Positions 14,560 to 23,878 of a stretch of 29,937 bases of DNA are shown here, piece by piece. The stretch covers positions 1 to 29,937 of IMG/VR virus record IMGVR_UViG_3300017903_001647. The stretch is one strand, 5' to 3'. The translations under genes and the position numbers were made by a program. Position 1 is the stretch's first letter; every line of letters begins with the position of its first letter. Below the pieces are notes generated by a model, which was not told the origin of the DNA, did no database searches, and saw only the letters and a program-made list of their open reading frames with translations. This DNA is from a virus (taxonomy: Duplodnaviria > Caudoviricetes).

Positions 14560-15921
14560 ATGAATATTGCTAGTGCGCTACTAAAACAAATACTTATACA
14601 ACAAGACCTAGACACTTGGGCTCAAGTGAAGGATATTTATTTACCTTCCGAGTACCGAGGAATTTTTAGCGTCTTGGAAAAGCACGTAGACAGTTATCAA
14701 TCTCTCCCAACATTTGAAGAATTAAAAGCTGGTCAAAGAGACCAAAAAATACAAGAAAAAATCTCAGCCATAGAGTCAATTGATGTTGAAGTAGATGCAG
14801 ATATGCTACTTGACTATCTAAAGAATGAATATACTCAAACAGAAATTTTAGATGAACTTGATAAATATGTTGATAAAACTATTACTATGGCAAGTGCAGA
14901 AGAAAATATTGAACAACTACAAGAAATAGTTTTAAATGTAAGTGATAAGGTCGATGTTACTCCTCCATCAGAAAGTATGCAAACAATCACACTTTTTGAA
15001 GATGATGAACAAAGAGCAAAATATTTACCTTTAGGACTGAATACAGATTATGACGCAAGCGTCAAGTTTTCACCAAAAGATTTAGTTCTTGTTGGTGGAC
15101 GACGTGGTTCAGGTAAATCATTAACATCTTGTAACTTAGCTGTTAATGTTTATGACTCTGGTAGGACTGCAATTTATTTTACTATTGAAATGGATAGTCG
15201 TTCAATCTTGCAAAGAATGTGTTCTATAGGAACAGGAGTTACATTTACTAATATTCGTGATAAAAACATGAATACTGAAGAATGGAACTTAGTTGCAGGT
15301 TGGTGGGCTAATCGTTTTCAAGGTGGAGAAGAGCTATTACGAGAGTATGAAAAACATAGAGACTTTGATGACTTTCATAGAAAATTAACAAAGAATCCTC
15401 TAAATGAAGATAAACAACTAGATGTAATTTATGATCCAGCCCTCACTCTCTCAAAAATTCAAAGCGAACTCGATAAGAGGGTTAGTCGTTCAGACATAGG
15501 TATCGTAATTATAGATTATCTGAACCAGGTTCGTCGTCACAATGCTCCAGGACGAAACAGTCAATATGATTGGCAGGAGCAAATTGAAATAAGCAAAAAA
15601 CTAAAGTCTTATGCTCAAGAATATGAGACTTTAGTTTTTGCACCTTATCAAACCGATTCTAGTGGAGAGGCTAGATTTGCGAAAGGTATATTAGATGCAG
15701 CAGATGCTGCTTACTCCCTTGAAACATGGGAACCACAAGATAAATGTATGACATTTAATTGTACCAAGATGAGAAACAATGAAGTAAAAGGATTTTCAAG
15801 TGAAGTTAATTGGAAATCATTAAAAATAGGCCCAGCAACAGCTCTAACTCCTACAGAAAAAGAAAAAATGAAAGAAGATTTAGGGTTGGGCAATGAAGGA
15901 GAAGAAGCACAAGACTTATGA
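14560..15921 (+). CDS. D6: DnaB-like replicative helicase (T5 D6)
   Basis: Walker A GGRRGSGKS, FTIEM, IIDYLN, PYQ, KMRN. Confidence 0.9.
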   Translation: MNIASALLKQILIQQDLDTWAQVKDIYLPSEYRGIFSVLEKHVDSYQSLPTFEELKAGQRDQKIQEKISAIESIDVEVDADMLLDYLKNEYTQTEILDELDKYVDKTITMASAEENIEQLQEIVLNVSDKVDVTPPSESMQTITLFEDDEQRAKYLPLGLNTDYDASVKFSPKDLVLVGGRRGSGKSLTSCNLAVNVYDSGRTAIYFTIEMDSRSILQRMCSIGTGVTFTNIRDKNMNTEEWNLVAGWWANRFQGGEELLREYEKHRDFDDFHRKLTKNPLNEDKQLDVIYDPALTLSKIQSELDKRVSRSDIGIVIIDYLNQVRRHNAPGRNSQYDWQEQIEISKKLKSYAQEYETLVFAPYQTDSSGEARFAKGILDAADAAYSLETWEPQDKCMTFNCTKMRNNEVKGFSSEVNWKSLKIGPATALTPTEKEKMKEDLGLGNEGEEAQDL

Positions 15922-16091
15922 TATTATATACAGAAAAACAGTTACAAACAGCATATATTCAATATGTAAGAAAACTACACGAACACAATCTTAACAATGA
16001 GTTTCAAATAGAAATTCCTACTTTAGAAGATTTTAGATTTATTTATGAAGCTGAAATGGAACTAGAGTATGGAGACGATAACATACATTAA
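15918..16091 (+). CDS. hypothetical protein (57 aa)
   Basis: Read by hand (MILYTEKQLQTAY...PTLEDFRFIYE). ATGA overlap, fills the gap. Confidence 0.65.
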   Translation: MILYTEKQLQTAYIQYVRKLHEHNLNNEFQIEIPTLEDFRFIYEAEMELEYGDDNIH

Positions 16092-16102
16092 AGGAGATAA
16101 AT

Positions 16103-16525
16103 TTGATTATAACCAATGAAAAAATACTAAGACAAATGTCTAAGGAAGTTACTAAAGTAGAGCCAAAGATGTTAAAAGATATGGAAAATACCATGAAAGA
16201 ATTAAATGGTATAGGAATTTCTGCTATTCAAATAGGGAAAGCACAAAGAGTATTTTTAGCGGGTAATCCACCACAAGTTTTTATAAACCCAAGAATAATA
16301 GATAAAAGTAGCTATTCAAAAGTAGATTGGGAAGGGTGTTTAAGTTGCCCTGGAGCGCATGTAAGAGTAAGACGCTCTCATACTATCACCATAAAATACA
16401 CAGATTTAGAAGGAAAAGAAATAAAAAGAAAATTTAAAGGGTTTGAGGCAAGAGTAATACAACATGAACTCGACCATCTTAATGGATTTCTAATAAAAGA
16501 CAGAGGAAAAGTTTATCAAGAATGA
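16103..16525 (+). CDS. def: peptide deformylase (short phage type)
   Basis: GIGISAIQIG, EGCLS and QHELDHLNG motifs. TTG start after AAGGAG. Confidence 0.95.
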   Translation: MIITNEKILRQMSKEVTKVEPKMLKDMENTMKELNGIGISAIQIGKAQRVFLAGNPPQVFINPRIIDKSSYSKVDWEGCLSCPGAHVRVRRSHTITIKYTDLEGKEIKRKFKGFEARVIQHELDHLNGFLIKDRGKVYQE

Positions 16526-17370
16526 CAGTTGAAGAATTATTAGTAGAAGAAAAAATACGATTTAAAGTTTCTCCTGCAGATTATATTGTATCATGCCTAA
16601 ACCCTGAGCATGATGACTCCAATCCTAGTATGAGAATAGACAAAATTACAGGAGTATATAATTGTTTTTCCTGTGGTTTTAAAGGTAATATTTTTAAATT
16701 ATTTGATAAGCCAAGTAATTTTTTAGATATAAAAAGAGAAAGAGTAAAACAAACAATAGACCGTAAAAGGTCAGAATCAATAGGATTACAAATGCCTAGT
16801 GATATCATGCCGTATATAGGCACAGAAAGAAATATAAAACAAGAAACCTACAAAACATTTGAAGCTTTTGTAAGTGTTAATAGTCCTTTTAAGGACAGAA
16901 TAATCTTTCCTATAAGAGACATAACAGGAAAAATTGTAGCCTTCAATGGTAGGTTACGCATAAACTCACACATAAAAGATCAACCAAAGTATATATTTTA
17001 TCCTCCAAAAGTCAAACTACCTTTATATCCTTTAGATGTCGAACCTATAAAAGGTCGTATACTTCTAGTAGAGGGTATTTTTGATGTAATAAATTTACAT
17101 GATAAAGGATTAACAAATGCTTTATGTAGTTTTGGAATATCAAATATTACTTCTGAAAAGTTACAGTTACTTAAAATGAAAGGAGTAGAACAAATTGATA
17201 TATTTTTCGACCCAGACGAAGCAGGACAAAAAGCAACTGAACTAGTAAAAGAACTTTGCGATAAAGTAGAATTAAAATACTATCATGTAAAAATTCCACC
17301 CGACCTTGGAGATGCAGGTGACCTTAGTGAGCTTTCCGTTCTTAAATTAAAGGAAAAGTTATATGGCTAA
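16522..17370 (+). CDS. DNA primase (Zn-binding + TOPRIM)
   Basis: CLNPEHDDSNPS...CFSCG, RIIFPI, FNGR, LVEGIFD, FDPDEAG. Confidence 0.93.
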   Translation: MTVEELLVEEKIRFKVSPADYIVSCLNPEHDDSNPSMRIDKITGVYNCFSCGFKGNIFKLFDKPSNFLDIKRERVKQTIDRKRSESIGLQMPSDIMPYIGTERNIKQETYKTFEAFVSVNSPFKDRIIFPIRDITGKIVAFNGRLRINSHIKDQPKYIFYPPKVKLPLYPLDVEPIKGRILLVEGIFDVINLHDKGLTNALCSFGISNITSEKLQLLKMKGVEQIDIFFDPDEAGQKATELVKELCDKVELKYYHVKIPPDLGDAGDLSELSVLKLKEKLYG

Positions 17371-18226
17371 TCTAAAGTGGACAGAAGAAATGTTTGTGGA
17401 CTTATGGAATATTAATCCTAGAGGACAAGAAGCGTATCAAACTACTGCAGATTTATTAAACGAAAAATATAATACCAATGTAAAATTAGAAAATGTAAAG
17501 CAACAGTTTAGAGATATTCTTTATACAGGAGGATTGAATAAATTTATTGATGCTTTTAATAATAATAAAAGAGGATACTCAGAAGAATCAAAAAATTTAA
17601 TTAAAGAATTTTATGAATACAATCCAGGAAGCGGAGGAAAATCTCAAGGAGACCCTGAGAGACAAAAAGCATGGACTGTTCTTCTAGATACTTTGCAATC
17701 AATAGAAGGAAGTAGAAAAAGATATAGCACAGTTAGACAATATGCACAAATAAGATGGGGTAAAAGACATGAAAATCATTCATACTCTAAACCAGAAGTA
17801 AATAAAAATCTAACAGTATTAAAGTGGCCAGAATATTATTTTGGAAATGCAACAGTAAAATGTAGCAAAGGACATATAACAAAAAAGAGTCTATCTAGTT
17901 TACAGAATGATTGTTATTTTTGTATTGAAGACCCAGAAAGTCCTTGTTATCTTTATTATGTAGAAATTACAGATAAAGACGACAAAATAGGGATTAGTAA
18001 AAGCACAACTAATAGATGGCCTAATAAAAAGATTTTAAGAGAAGTATTACTAACAAGACAAGAAAGCTATAATATTGAACAAGAAATATTGTCTCAATTT
18101 GATATTTTTAGAACATATTGTAGAGAGATTCAAGGCAATGGATGGACAGAAACATTGTGTCGAAAACAAAGAGAGAACATTTTAAATTATTTTGATAAGA
18201 TAATAGATGGAAAAAATAATTCTTGA
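17363..18226 (+). CDS. putative free-standing homing endonuclease (Zn ribbon + C-terminal GIY-YIG/T5orf172-like domain)
   Basis: KCSKGH...CYFC then YLYYVEI...KIGIS...R...IEQEIL...GWTETL. Inserted between primase and polymerase. Confidence 0.6.
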   Translation: MANLKWTEEMFVDLWNINPRGQEAYQTTADLLNEKYNTNVKLENVKQQFRDILYTGGLNKFIDAFNNNKRGYSEESKNLIKEFYEYNPGSGGKSQGDPERQKAWTVLLDTLQSIEGSRKRYSTVRQYAQIRWGKRHENHSYSKPEVNKNLTVLKWPEYYFGNATVKCSKGHITKKSLSSLQNDCYFCIEDPESPCYLYYVEITDKDDKIGISKSTTNRWPNKKILREVLLTRQESYNIEQEILSQFDIFRTYCREIQGNGWTETLCRKQRENILNYFDKIIDGKNNS

Positions 18227-18251
18227 CAAAAGGTTAAAAATTAGGTATAAT
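18223..18251 (+). promoter_or_regulatory. consensus sigma70 promoter of the polymerase gene, near-leaderless start at 18260
   Basis: TTGACA-17-TATAAT, ATG 8 nt after the -10, no SD. Confidence 0.88.
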
Positions 18252-18259
18252 ATATAAAT

Positions 18260-20533
18260 ATGAAAAAAGTAGCATTAATAGAAAGCAAACCAAGCAGGAA
18301 CAAGTTCTTTGAATTGTTTGAAAACAAAATTCAATTTGATGAGTATGTTCTCTGTTCAAATCCACAGATTAAAAAAGTATTAAAGCGTGATGTTGATATT
18401 AACATTGAGCTCGACAAGTATGACTGGGTAATCCTAGTTGGGTCTGAGCCTCTCAAATACTTTACTAAAATTAATTCCATTACGGAATACACTGGACGCA
18501 TAGTAGAAGAGAAGTTTCTTCCTGTAATTAACCCAGCCATGCTTGCTTTTAAACCTGAAGCTAAAAAGACTTGGATAGAGTCAAGAGATAATATTGTAAA
18601 ATATATTTCTGGAGAACTAAAACAAGAAAAACTAAATAGTGAAGATTGTTTTGGTATTACAGAAAGTGAAGAATTACATAAGTTTTTGCAAGATGCAATA
18701 GAACATGAGAATGATTTTATTGCCCTTGACTCCGAAACAACAAGTCTATATCCTCGAGATGGATATATGCTAGGAATTAGTTTAGCTTACAAACATAATC
18801 ATGGAGCATATATACTTACTGATTGTATTGATGAAAAAGGAGAAGAGCTTCTTCAAGAATTATTCAATAAGAAAAGAGTAGTCTTTCATAACAGTAAGTT
18901 TGATATTGCTTTCTTTAAATTTCATTTTGGATTTAAGTTTCCAAGATTTGAAGATACAATGCTAATGCATTATACATTAAATGAGAATCCAGGCACTCAC
19001 GGCCTAAAACAACTCGCCCTCAAATTTACTCCATATGGTGACTATGAGAAACCTATGTATGATTGGATTGAGGCCTATCGTAAACGCACAGGGATATTAA
19101 AAAGTGATTTCAGTTGGGATATGATTCCATATGAAGTCATGAAAGATTATGCAGCGATGGATGCGGTTTGTACTTTTCTCATTTACGAAAAGTTTTTACC
19201 AAAAGTAGAAGAAAATGATAAACTCAAAAATGTTTATCGTAATATTCTTCTTCCTGCTACAGAGTTTCTTCTTGATGTAGAGAGTCATGGAGTTCCTTTT
19301 GATAGGAATCGACTTGAAAAATCATCGGTGCTGATGCAAGAAGAAATTGACAATGCAGTTAAAAGGCTTTACGAATTTACTGAAGTTAAACTATTTGAAA
19401 AAGCCCAAGGTAAAGACTTTAATCCCAATAGTACAATGCAACTTCGTTCCCTTCTTTTCGATTATATCGGATTGAAGCCTACAGGAAAGAAAACAGGTAC
19501 AGGAGCAGATTCTACTGATGCAGAAGTCTTAGGACAACTTGCAGAAGAACATGCTGTTCCTCAACTTGTTCTTGATATTCGACAGAAAGTAAAAATCAAA
19601 TCTACTTATTTAGATAAGATTATTCCTGCTCTAGATAGAGACAGCAGACTTCGTACAGGTTTTAATCTGCACGGAACAACATCTGGCCGTCTTTCGTCTA
19701 GTGGTAAAATGAATATGCAACAAATACCTCGTGATAACCCTATTGTAAAGGGCTGCATAAAAGCTAAGCCAGGCAATAAAATAGTTGCAATGGACTTAAC
19801 TACTGCAGAAGTATATTGTGCTGCCGTATTGGCAAAAGATATTGCACTTCAACAGGTATTTCAAGATGGCGGTAACTTTCATAGTAATATTGCTAAGTTA
19901 GTATTTAATTTACCCTGTAAGGTTGACGAAGTTGCTGAGTATTATTCAACAGAAAGACAAATGGCAAAAGCCGTTACATTCGGCATCATGTATGGTGCTG
20001 GACCAAAAAAGATTAGTGAACAAGTATCAAAAGATAGTGGAAAATATTTTAGCACTACAGAAGCAAAAGAAGTTATTGATGATTATTTTAAACAGTTTTT
20101 TATGTTAAAGAAATGGTTAGAAAACTCAAAGAAGATAATCGAAAAGCAAGGATTTATTTACAGTTTCTTTGGAAGAAAAAGAAGATTACCAAATGTGAAA
20201 TCAACAGACAGAGCAATTGCAGCCCATGAAGTTCGTTCAGGTATTAATGCTCTTGTACAGTCAGTAGCTTCAGATGTAAACTTACTTGGTGCGATTGATA
20301 CAAACAGAGAAATACAAGGCAAGCCTGCTAAAATATTTGCTCTTGTTCATGACTCAATTCTAGCAGAAGTAGAGAACGATTTTGTAGATGAATATTCAGA
20401 AATATTAAAAAGAAATGTTCAAAAAGATAGAGGACTTTCAATACCAGGGTGTCCAATTGGGTGTGACTTCGACATAGGAGAAGACTACTCATTTGGTAAG
20501 TTTGCAGATAAATATGAATCTGGAGACAATTAG
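18260..20533 (+). CDS. pol: family A DNA polymerase with 3'-5' exonuclease
   Basis: DSET, HNSKFD, YAAMDA exonuclease motifs. TTSGRLSS, DLTTAEV, RQMAKAVTFGIMYG, VHDS polymerase motifs. Confidence 0.97.
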   Translation: MKKVALIESKPSRNKFFELFENKIQFDEYVLCSNPQIKKVLKRDVDINIELDKYDWVILVGSEPLKYFTKINSITEYTGRIVEEKFLPVINPAMLAFKPEAKKTWIESRDNIVKYISGELKQEKLNSEDCFGITESEELHKFLQDAIEHENDFIALDSETTSLYPRDGYMLGISLAYKHNHGAYILTDCIDEKGEELLQELFNKKRVVFHNSKFDIAFFKFHFGFKFPRFEDTMLMHYTLNENPGTHGLKQLALKFTPYGDYEKPMYDWIEAYRKRTGILKSDFSWDMIPYEVMKDYAAMDAVCTFLIYEKFLPKVEENDKLKNVYRNILLPATEFLLDVESHGVPFDRNRLEKSSVLMQEEIDNAVKRLYEFTEVKLFEKAQGKDFNPNSTMQLRSLLFDYIGLKPTGKKTGTGADSTDAEVLGQLAEEHAVPQLVLDIRQKVKIKSTYLDKIIPALDRDSRLRTGFNLHGTTSGRLSSSGKMNMQQIPRDNPIVKGCIKAKPGNKIVAMDLTTAEVYCAAVLAKDIALQQVFQDGGNFHSNIAKLVFNLPCKVDEVAEYYSTERQMAKAVTFGIMYGAGPKKISEQVSKDSGKYFSTTEAKEVIDDYFKQFFMLKKWLENSKKIIEKQGFIYSFFGRKRRLPNVKSTDRAIAAHEVRSGINALVQSVASDVNLLGAIDTNREIQGKPAKIFALVHDSILAEVENDFVDEYSEILKRNVQKDRGLSIPGCPIGCDFDIGEDYSFGKFADKYESGDN

Positions 20534-20993
20534 ATGGCCTGTGTATGTTCTTCATTCTGATGAAATAGAAGAACGAGACGGACTATTATTTTGTGACACA
20601 CAAATAGTAGATGATAGAAATATGAAAGGAACAAGTCTTGGAATCAGAAGATTACAAACTCCCCACAAAAATTTATATAGACTTAAAGTGATGATAGAAA
20701 ATTTTCAAGATTTTGTACATCATAAGGGTCTAAATTATATAGATAGTAATGGCAAATATTTTCGTTGGGTGAAGAATAAAACTTGTAGTCTTATAAGCCA
20801 CAAGATAGAGAAAGTTGAGAAACGAGATATTGCCACTCTTATATGGTGTAAAAATATACCTTTTCCATTTTTTGTAAAGAGACCGCCCGAAGCTAGACTT
20901 CGGTATGCTAGTGTGCTTTACATAAATAAACGTCCTTCTGTATTATATTCATTTTCGGAGAAAGAGCAAAAGAAAACTTGGCGTAAAATATGA
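20514..20993 (+). CDS. conserved T5-like hypothetical protein between pol and D10
   Basis: Track ORF 20493..20993. The ATG at 20514 is plausible. Synteny, VDDRNMKG.SLG.RRLQ. Confidence 0.7.
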   Translation: MNLETIRWPVYVLHSDEIEERDGLLFCDTQIVDDRNMKGTSLGIRRLQTPHKNLYRLKVMIENFQDFVHHKGLNYIDSNGKYFRWVKNKTCSLISHKIEKVEKRDIATLIWCKNIPFPFFVKRPPEARLRYASVLYINKRPSVLYSFSEKEQKKTWRKI

Positions 20994-22270
20994 AAGCAGT
21001 ATTAAGTAACAGAATATTCCTAGAAGTAGATACTTCTTTACAATCAAAACTCGATGAAGAGCTAACATATTCAATACCCCCAAGAAATCCACTAGACCCA
21101 CCTTTTATAATAAAGAATATGGGTATAGTTCGAAAAGGGTTAGTTACTTTACCTAGCGGAAGAACGGATTTAATACCAGAAGATTATGAAATAATCGATA
21201 AAAGAAAAACATCATCTATAGAACCTTTTGAATTTAAGTTTACTTTACGACCTTCGCAACAGTCTGTGTATGATGATGTCAATGACAGTTGTATAATTAA
21301 CGCTTGGGTAAGTTGGGGAAAGACATTTACTGCGTTAGCTATCGCAAATAAACTTCAACAAAAAACATTGATAGTAACACATACAATATCATTAAGATCG
21401 CAGTGGGAAAAAGAAGTACAAAAAGTCTTTGGAATTTCACCTGGTATAATAGGTAGTGGGAGGTATGAAATAGATGCTCCCATTGTTATAGGGAATGTAC
21501 AAACTCTTTATCGTAGAATGAAAGAGATTAGTAATGTTTTTGGAACAATTATTCTCGATGAAATGCACCATGTATCTAGTCCTACTTTCACTCGAATAGT
21601 AGATGCAAGTAAAGCAAGGTATAAAATTGGCCTTACAGGTACAATGGAAAGAAAAGATGGAAGACATGTTATATTTAGAGACTATTTTAATACAACAGTA
21701 TATAAGCCACCAAAAGAGAATTACTTAATACCAAAAGTAAATGTTATAAAGTCTGGAGTAAGATTTCCAGACGGAGCAAAAACACCTTGGGCTGCTAGAA
21801 TTAATGCTATAGCATATAATTGGGAGTACCAAAACATGATTGCTTTACTTGCAGCAAAGTATGCCGCAGAGGGTCATAAGGTTTTAGTTGTTTCAGATAG
21901 AGTTGATTTTTTAAAACAATGTAATAGACTAGTTGGAGATAATTCTATTTGTGTTACAGGAGAAATCCCTCACGAACAAAGACCTGCTATGATAAAACAG
22001 ATATTTACTGATAAAGATATTCTTTGTGGAACTCAAAGTATTTTCTCAGAAGGAATATCTGTAGACTGTTTGAGCTGCATTATTTTAGCAACTCCAATTA
22101 ATAACGAACCCCTTCTTACACAATTAATTGGTCGTATAATAAGAATTTATGACGGTAAACCTCAACCTACAATTGTTGATATTCATTTTGAGGGTAAAAC
22201 CGCAAGACGGCAGGCAAATGCGAGAATGGGGTATTATATGAAACAGGATTATGAAGTTGAAACGATTTAA
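20990..22270 (+). CDS. D10: SF2 helicase (T5 D10, UvsW-like)
   Basis: LRPSQ, WGKT, DEMHH, GLTGT..RKDG, SEGIS, QLIGRIIR. Confidence 0.92.
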   Translation: MKAVLSNRIFLEVDTSLQSKLDEELTYSIPPRNPLDPPFIIKNMGIVRKGLVTLPSGRTDLIPEDYEIIDKRKTSSIEPFEFKFTLRPSQQSVYDDVNDSCIINAWVSWGKTFTALAIANKLQQKTLIVTHTISLRSQWEKEVQKVFGISPGIIGSGRYEIDAPIVIGNVQTLYRRMKEISNVFGTIILDEMHHVSSPTFTRIVDASKARYKIGLTGTMERKDGRHVIFRDYFNTTVYKPPKENYLIPKVNVIKSGVRFPDGAKTPWAARINAIAYNWEYQNMIALLAAKYAAEGHKVLVVSDRVDFLKQCNRLVGDNSICVTGEIPHEQRPAMIKQIFTDKDILCGTQSIFSEGISVDCLSCIILATPINNEPLLTQLIGRIIRIYDGKPQPTIVDIHFEGKTARRQANARMGYYMKQDYEVETI

Positions 22271-22287
22271 CATTCAAAAAATACTTC

Positions 22288-22316
22288 TTGACAAATGCTT
22301 GATATTTTGATATAAT
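22288..22316 (+). promoter_or_regulatory. consensus sigma70 promoter whose -10 overlaps the ATG at 22315
   Basis: TTGACA 22288-22293, TATAAT 22311-22316. Confidence 0.8.
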
Positions 22317-22725
22317 GGTATTCTATAATTGGAAAAAGATAAGGGAAGAGACCAATGGAAACGTTGGTGACATTATAGCCGTGCTATATATCTTAACCTA
22401 TAAAAAAGAACCTCCAATCAATAGAAAGGATAGACGATTCAAGTATTGGACTAAAAGTTTTTATGGAGAAAGTTTTTTGTTGAATCCTGAATCACTTCTC
22501 ATCCAAAGAAACAGATACTCAGATGTAGAAATTGCGCAGTATGCTGGTATCGCGTCATTGCGTAATTATTTTGATTATCAAAGTAAAAAAGATACCACAC
22601 TAGACTTGCTAAACTTTACAGGTAAGCAAGATATATTAACGAAAAATAGATTACTACGAGTAGAAAATGGTAGAATTCATTTTTTATTTGAAGAAATCAC
22701 TAAAGAGGAATTAAAATGGCATTAA
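22315..22725 (+). CDS. conserved T5-like hypothetical protein upstream of D11
   Basis: Intact 136 aa ORF filling the D10-D11 gap. Confidence 0.7.
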   Translation: MVFYNWKKIREETNGNVGDIIAVLYILTYKKEPPINRKDRRFKYWTKSFYGESFLLNPESLLIQRNRYSDVEIAQYAGIASLRNYFDYQSKKDTTLDLLNFTGKQDILTKNRLLRVENGRIHFLFEEITKEELKWH

Positions 22726-23342
22726 CATTTAATAAATTAAAGGGCGAAGCCCAAAAAGGAAAAATCGAAAGCTACACTTATGTAGAAGGAGATAACACAG
22801 TCCGTATGGTCGGTGATGTATGTGCAAGATATGTTTACTGGCTAAAAGGAGAGAACGATAAAAATGTTCCTTTCGAATGTCTATCTTTTGATAGAGAAAA
22901 GGAAACATTTAATAATCTTGAAAAAGATTGGGTAAGAGAATATTATCCAGATCAAAAATGCACATGGTCTTATGCAATTCAATGTATACATGATGGCAAA
23001 ATCAAAGTATTAAATCTCAAGAAGAAATTACTTGAGCAAATCTTACTAGCAGCTGAAGATTTAGGAGACCCAGCAGACCCAGAAACAGGATGGGATGTTT
23101 ACTTTAAAAGAATAAAAACTGGCCCTATGGCTTACAATGTAGAGTATCAGTTACAACCTTTAAAGTGCAAACCAAGACCTTTAACTGATAAAGAAAAAGA
23201 ATTAATTGCTGATCTTAAGTCTATGGATGAAGTCCTTGCTAGACCAACCCCTGACGCACAAAAAGAATTATTAGATAGAATCAGAGCAGGTTCTTCAAAT
23301 TCTGATGCCGATGAAAGTATTAATGAGGAGTTTGATATATAA
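22716..23342 (+). CDS. D11: T5 D11-like ssDNA-binding protein
   Basis: gp32-like features (aromatic beta strands, LGDPADPETGWD, acidic tail) and synteny. Confidence 0.8.
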   Translation: MALTFNKLKGEAQKGKIESYTYVEGDNTVRMVGDVCARYVYWLKGENDKNVPFECLSFDREKETFNNLEKDWVREYYPDQKCTWSYAIQCIHDGKIKVLNLKKKLLEQILLAAEDLGDPADPETGWDVYFKRIKTGPMAYNVEYQLQPLKCKPRPLTDKEKELIADLKSMDEVLARPTPDAQKELLDRIRAGSSNSDADESINEEFDI

Positions 23343-23878
23343 TGTTAGCAATAGGAGACGAATTTCCAGAGTTTACTCTGAATGGAGTAGCATATAATAC
23401 TCATCCAGACGAACCTAACCATGAATTTACAGTAGTAAATAGTTGGGCATTAAAAGATTGGTCTGTAATTTATTTTTATCCTAAAGATTTTACTTTTATA
23501 TGTCCTACCGAAATAACAGCAATGGATGACTTACTATCAGAAACCAGTGAAGTTTTTGGAATTAGTGGGGATAATGAACATTCTAAATATGTTTGGAAAA
23601 CTATGAATGAGCATGACCCAATGTATAGAGTTGAACACACTTTACTAGCAGATTGTGGACTCAATTTAGCTAGAGAATGTGGAGTTGTAAACGAGGATGA
23701 AGGAGTATGTTATAGAGCTACATTTATTACAGACCCTGAAGGAGTTATTGCACATATCTCTGTAAATCGTGATGACACAGGAAGAAATGCAAAAGAAATA
23801 TTAAGAACTCTACAAGCACTCAAAGCAGGTGGATTAACTGGCTGTGAGTGGGAACCTGGCGAGGATTTTGTAGGGTGA
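23342..23878 (+). CDS. ahpC: peroxiredoxin (AhpC/TSA family)
   Basis: YFYPKDFTFICPTE, RATFITDPEG, GRNAKEILRTLQAL, C-terminal GCEWEPG. Confidence 0.92.
   Translation: MLAIGDEFPEFTLNGVAYNTHPDEPNHEFTVVNSWALKDWSVIYFYPKDFTFICPTEITAMDDLLSETSEVFGISGDNEHSKYVWKTMNEHDPMYRVEHTLLADCGLNLARECGVVNEDEGVCYRATFITDPEGVIAHISVNRDDTGRNAKEILRTLQALKAGGLTGCEWEPGEDFVG

Noticed and set aside
3627-22316. Recurrent AAAAATAGTTCTTGAC sequence as a CRISPR repeat or mobile-element end
   Set aside because: Copies are dispersed over kilobases and always followed by N17-TATAAT, so they are promoters.
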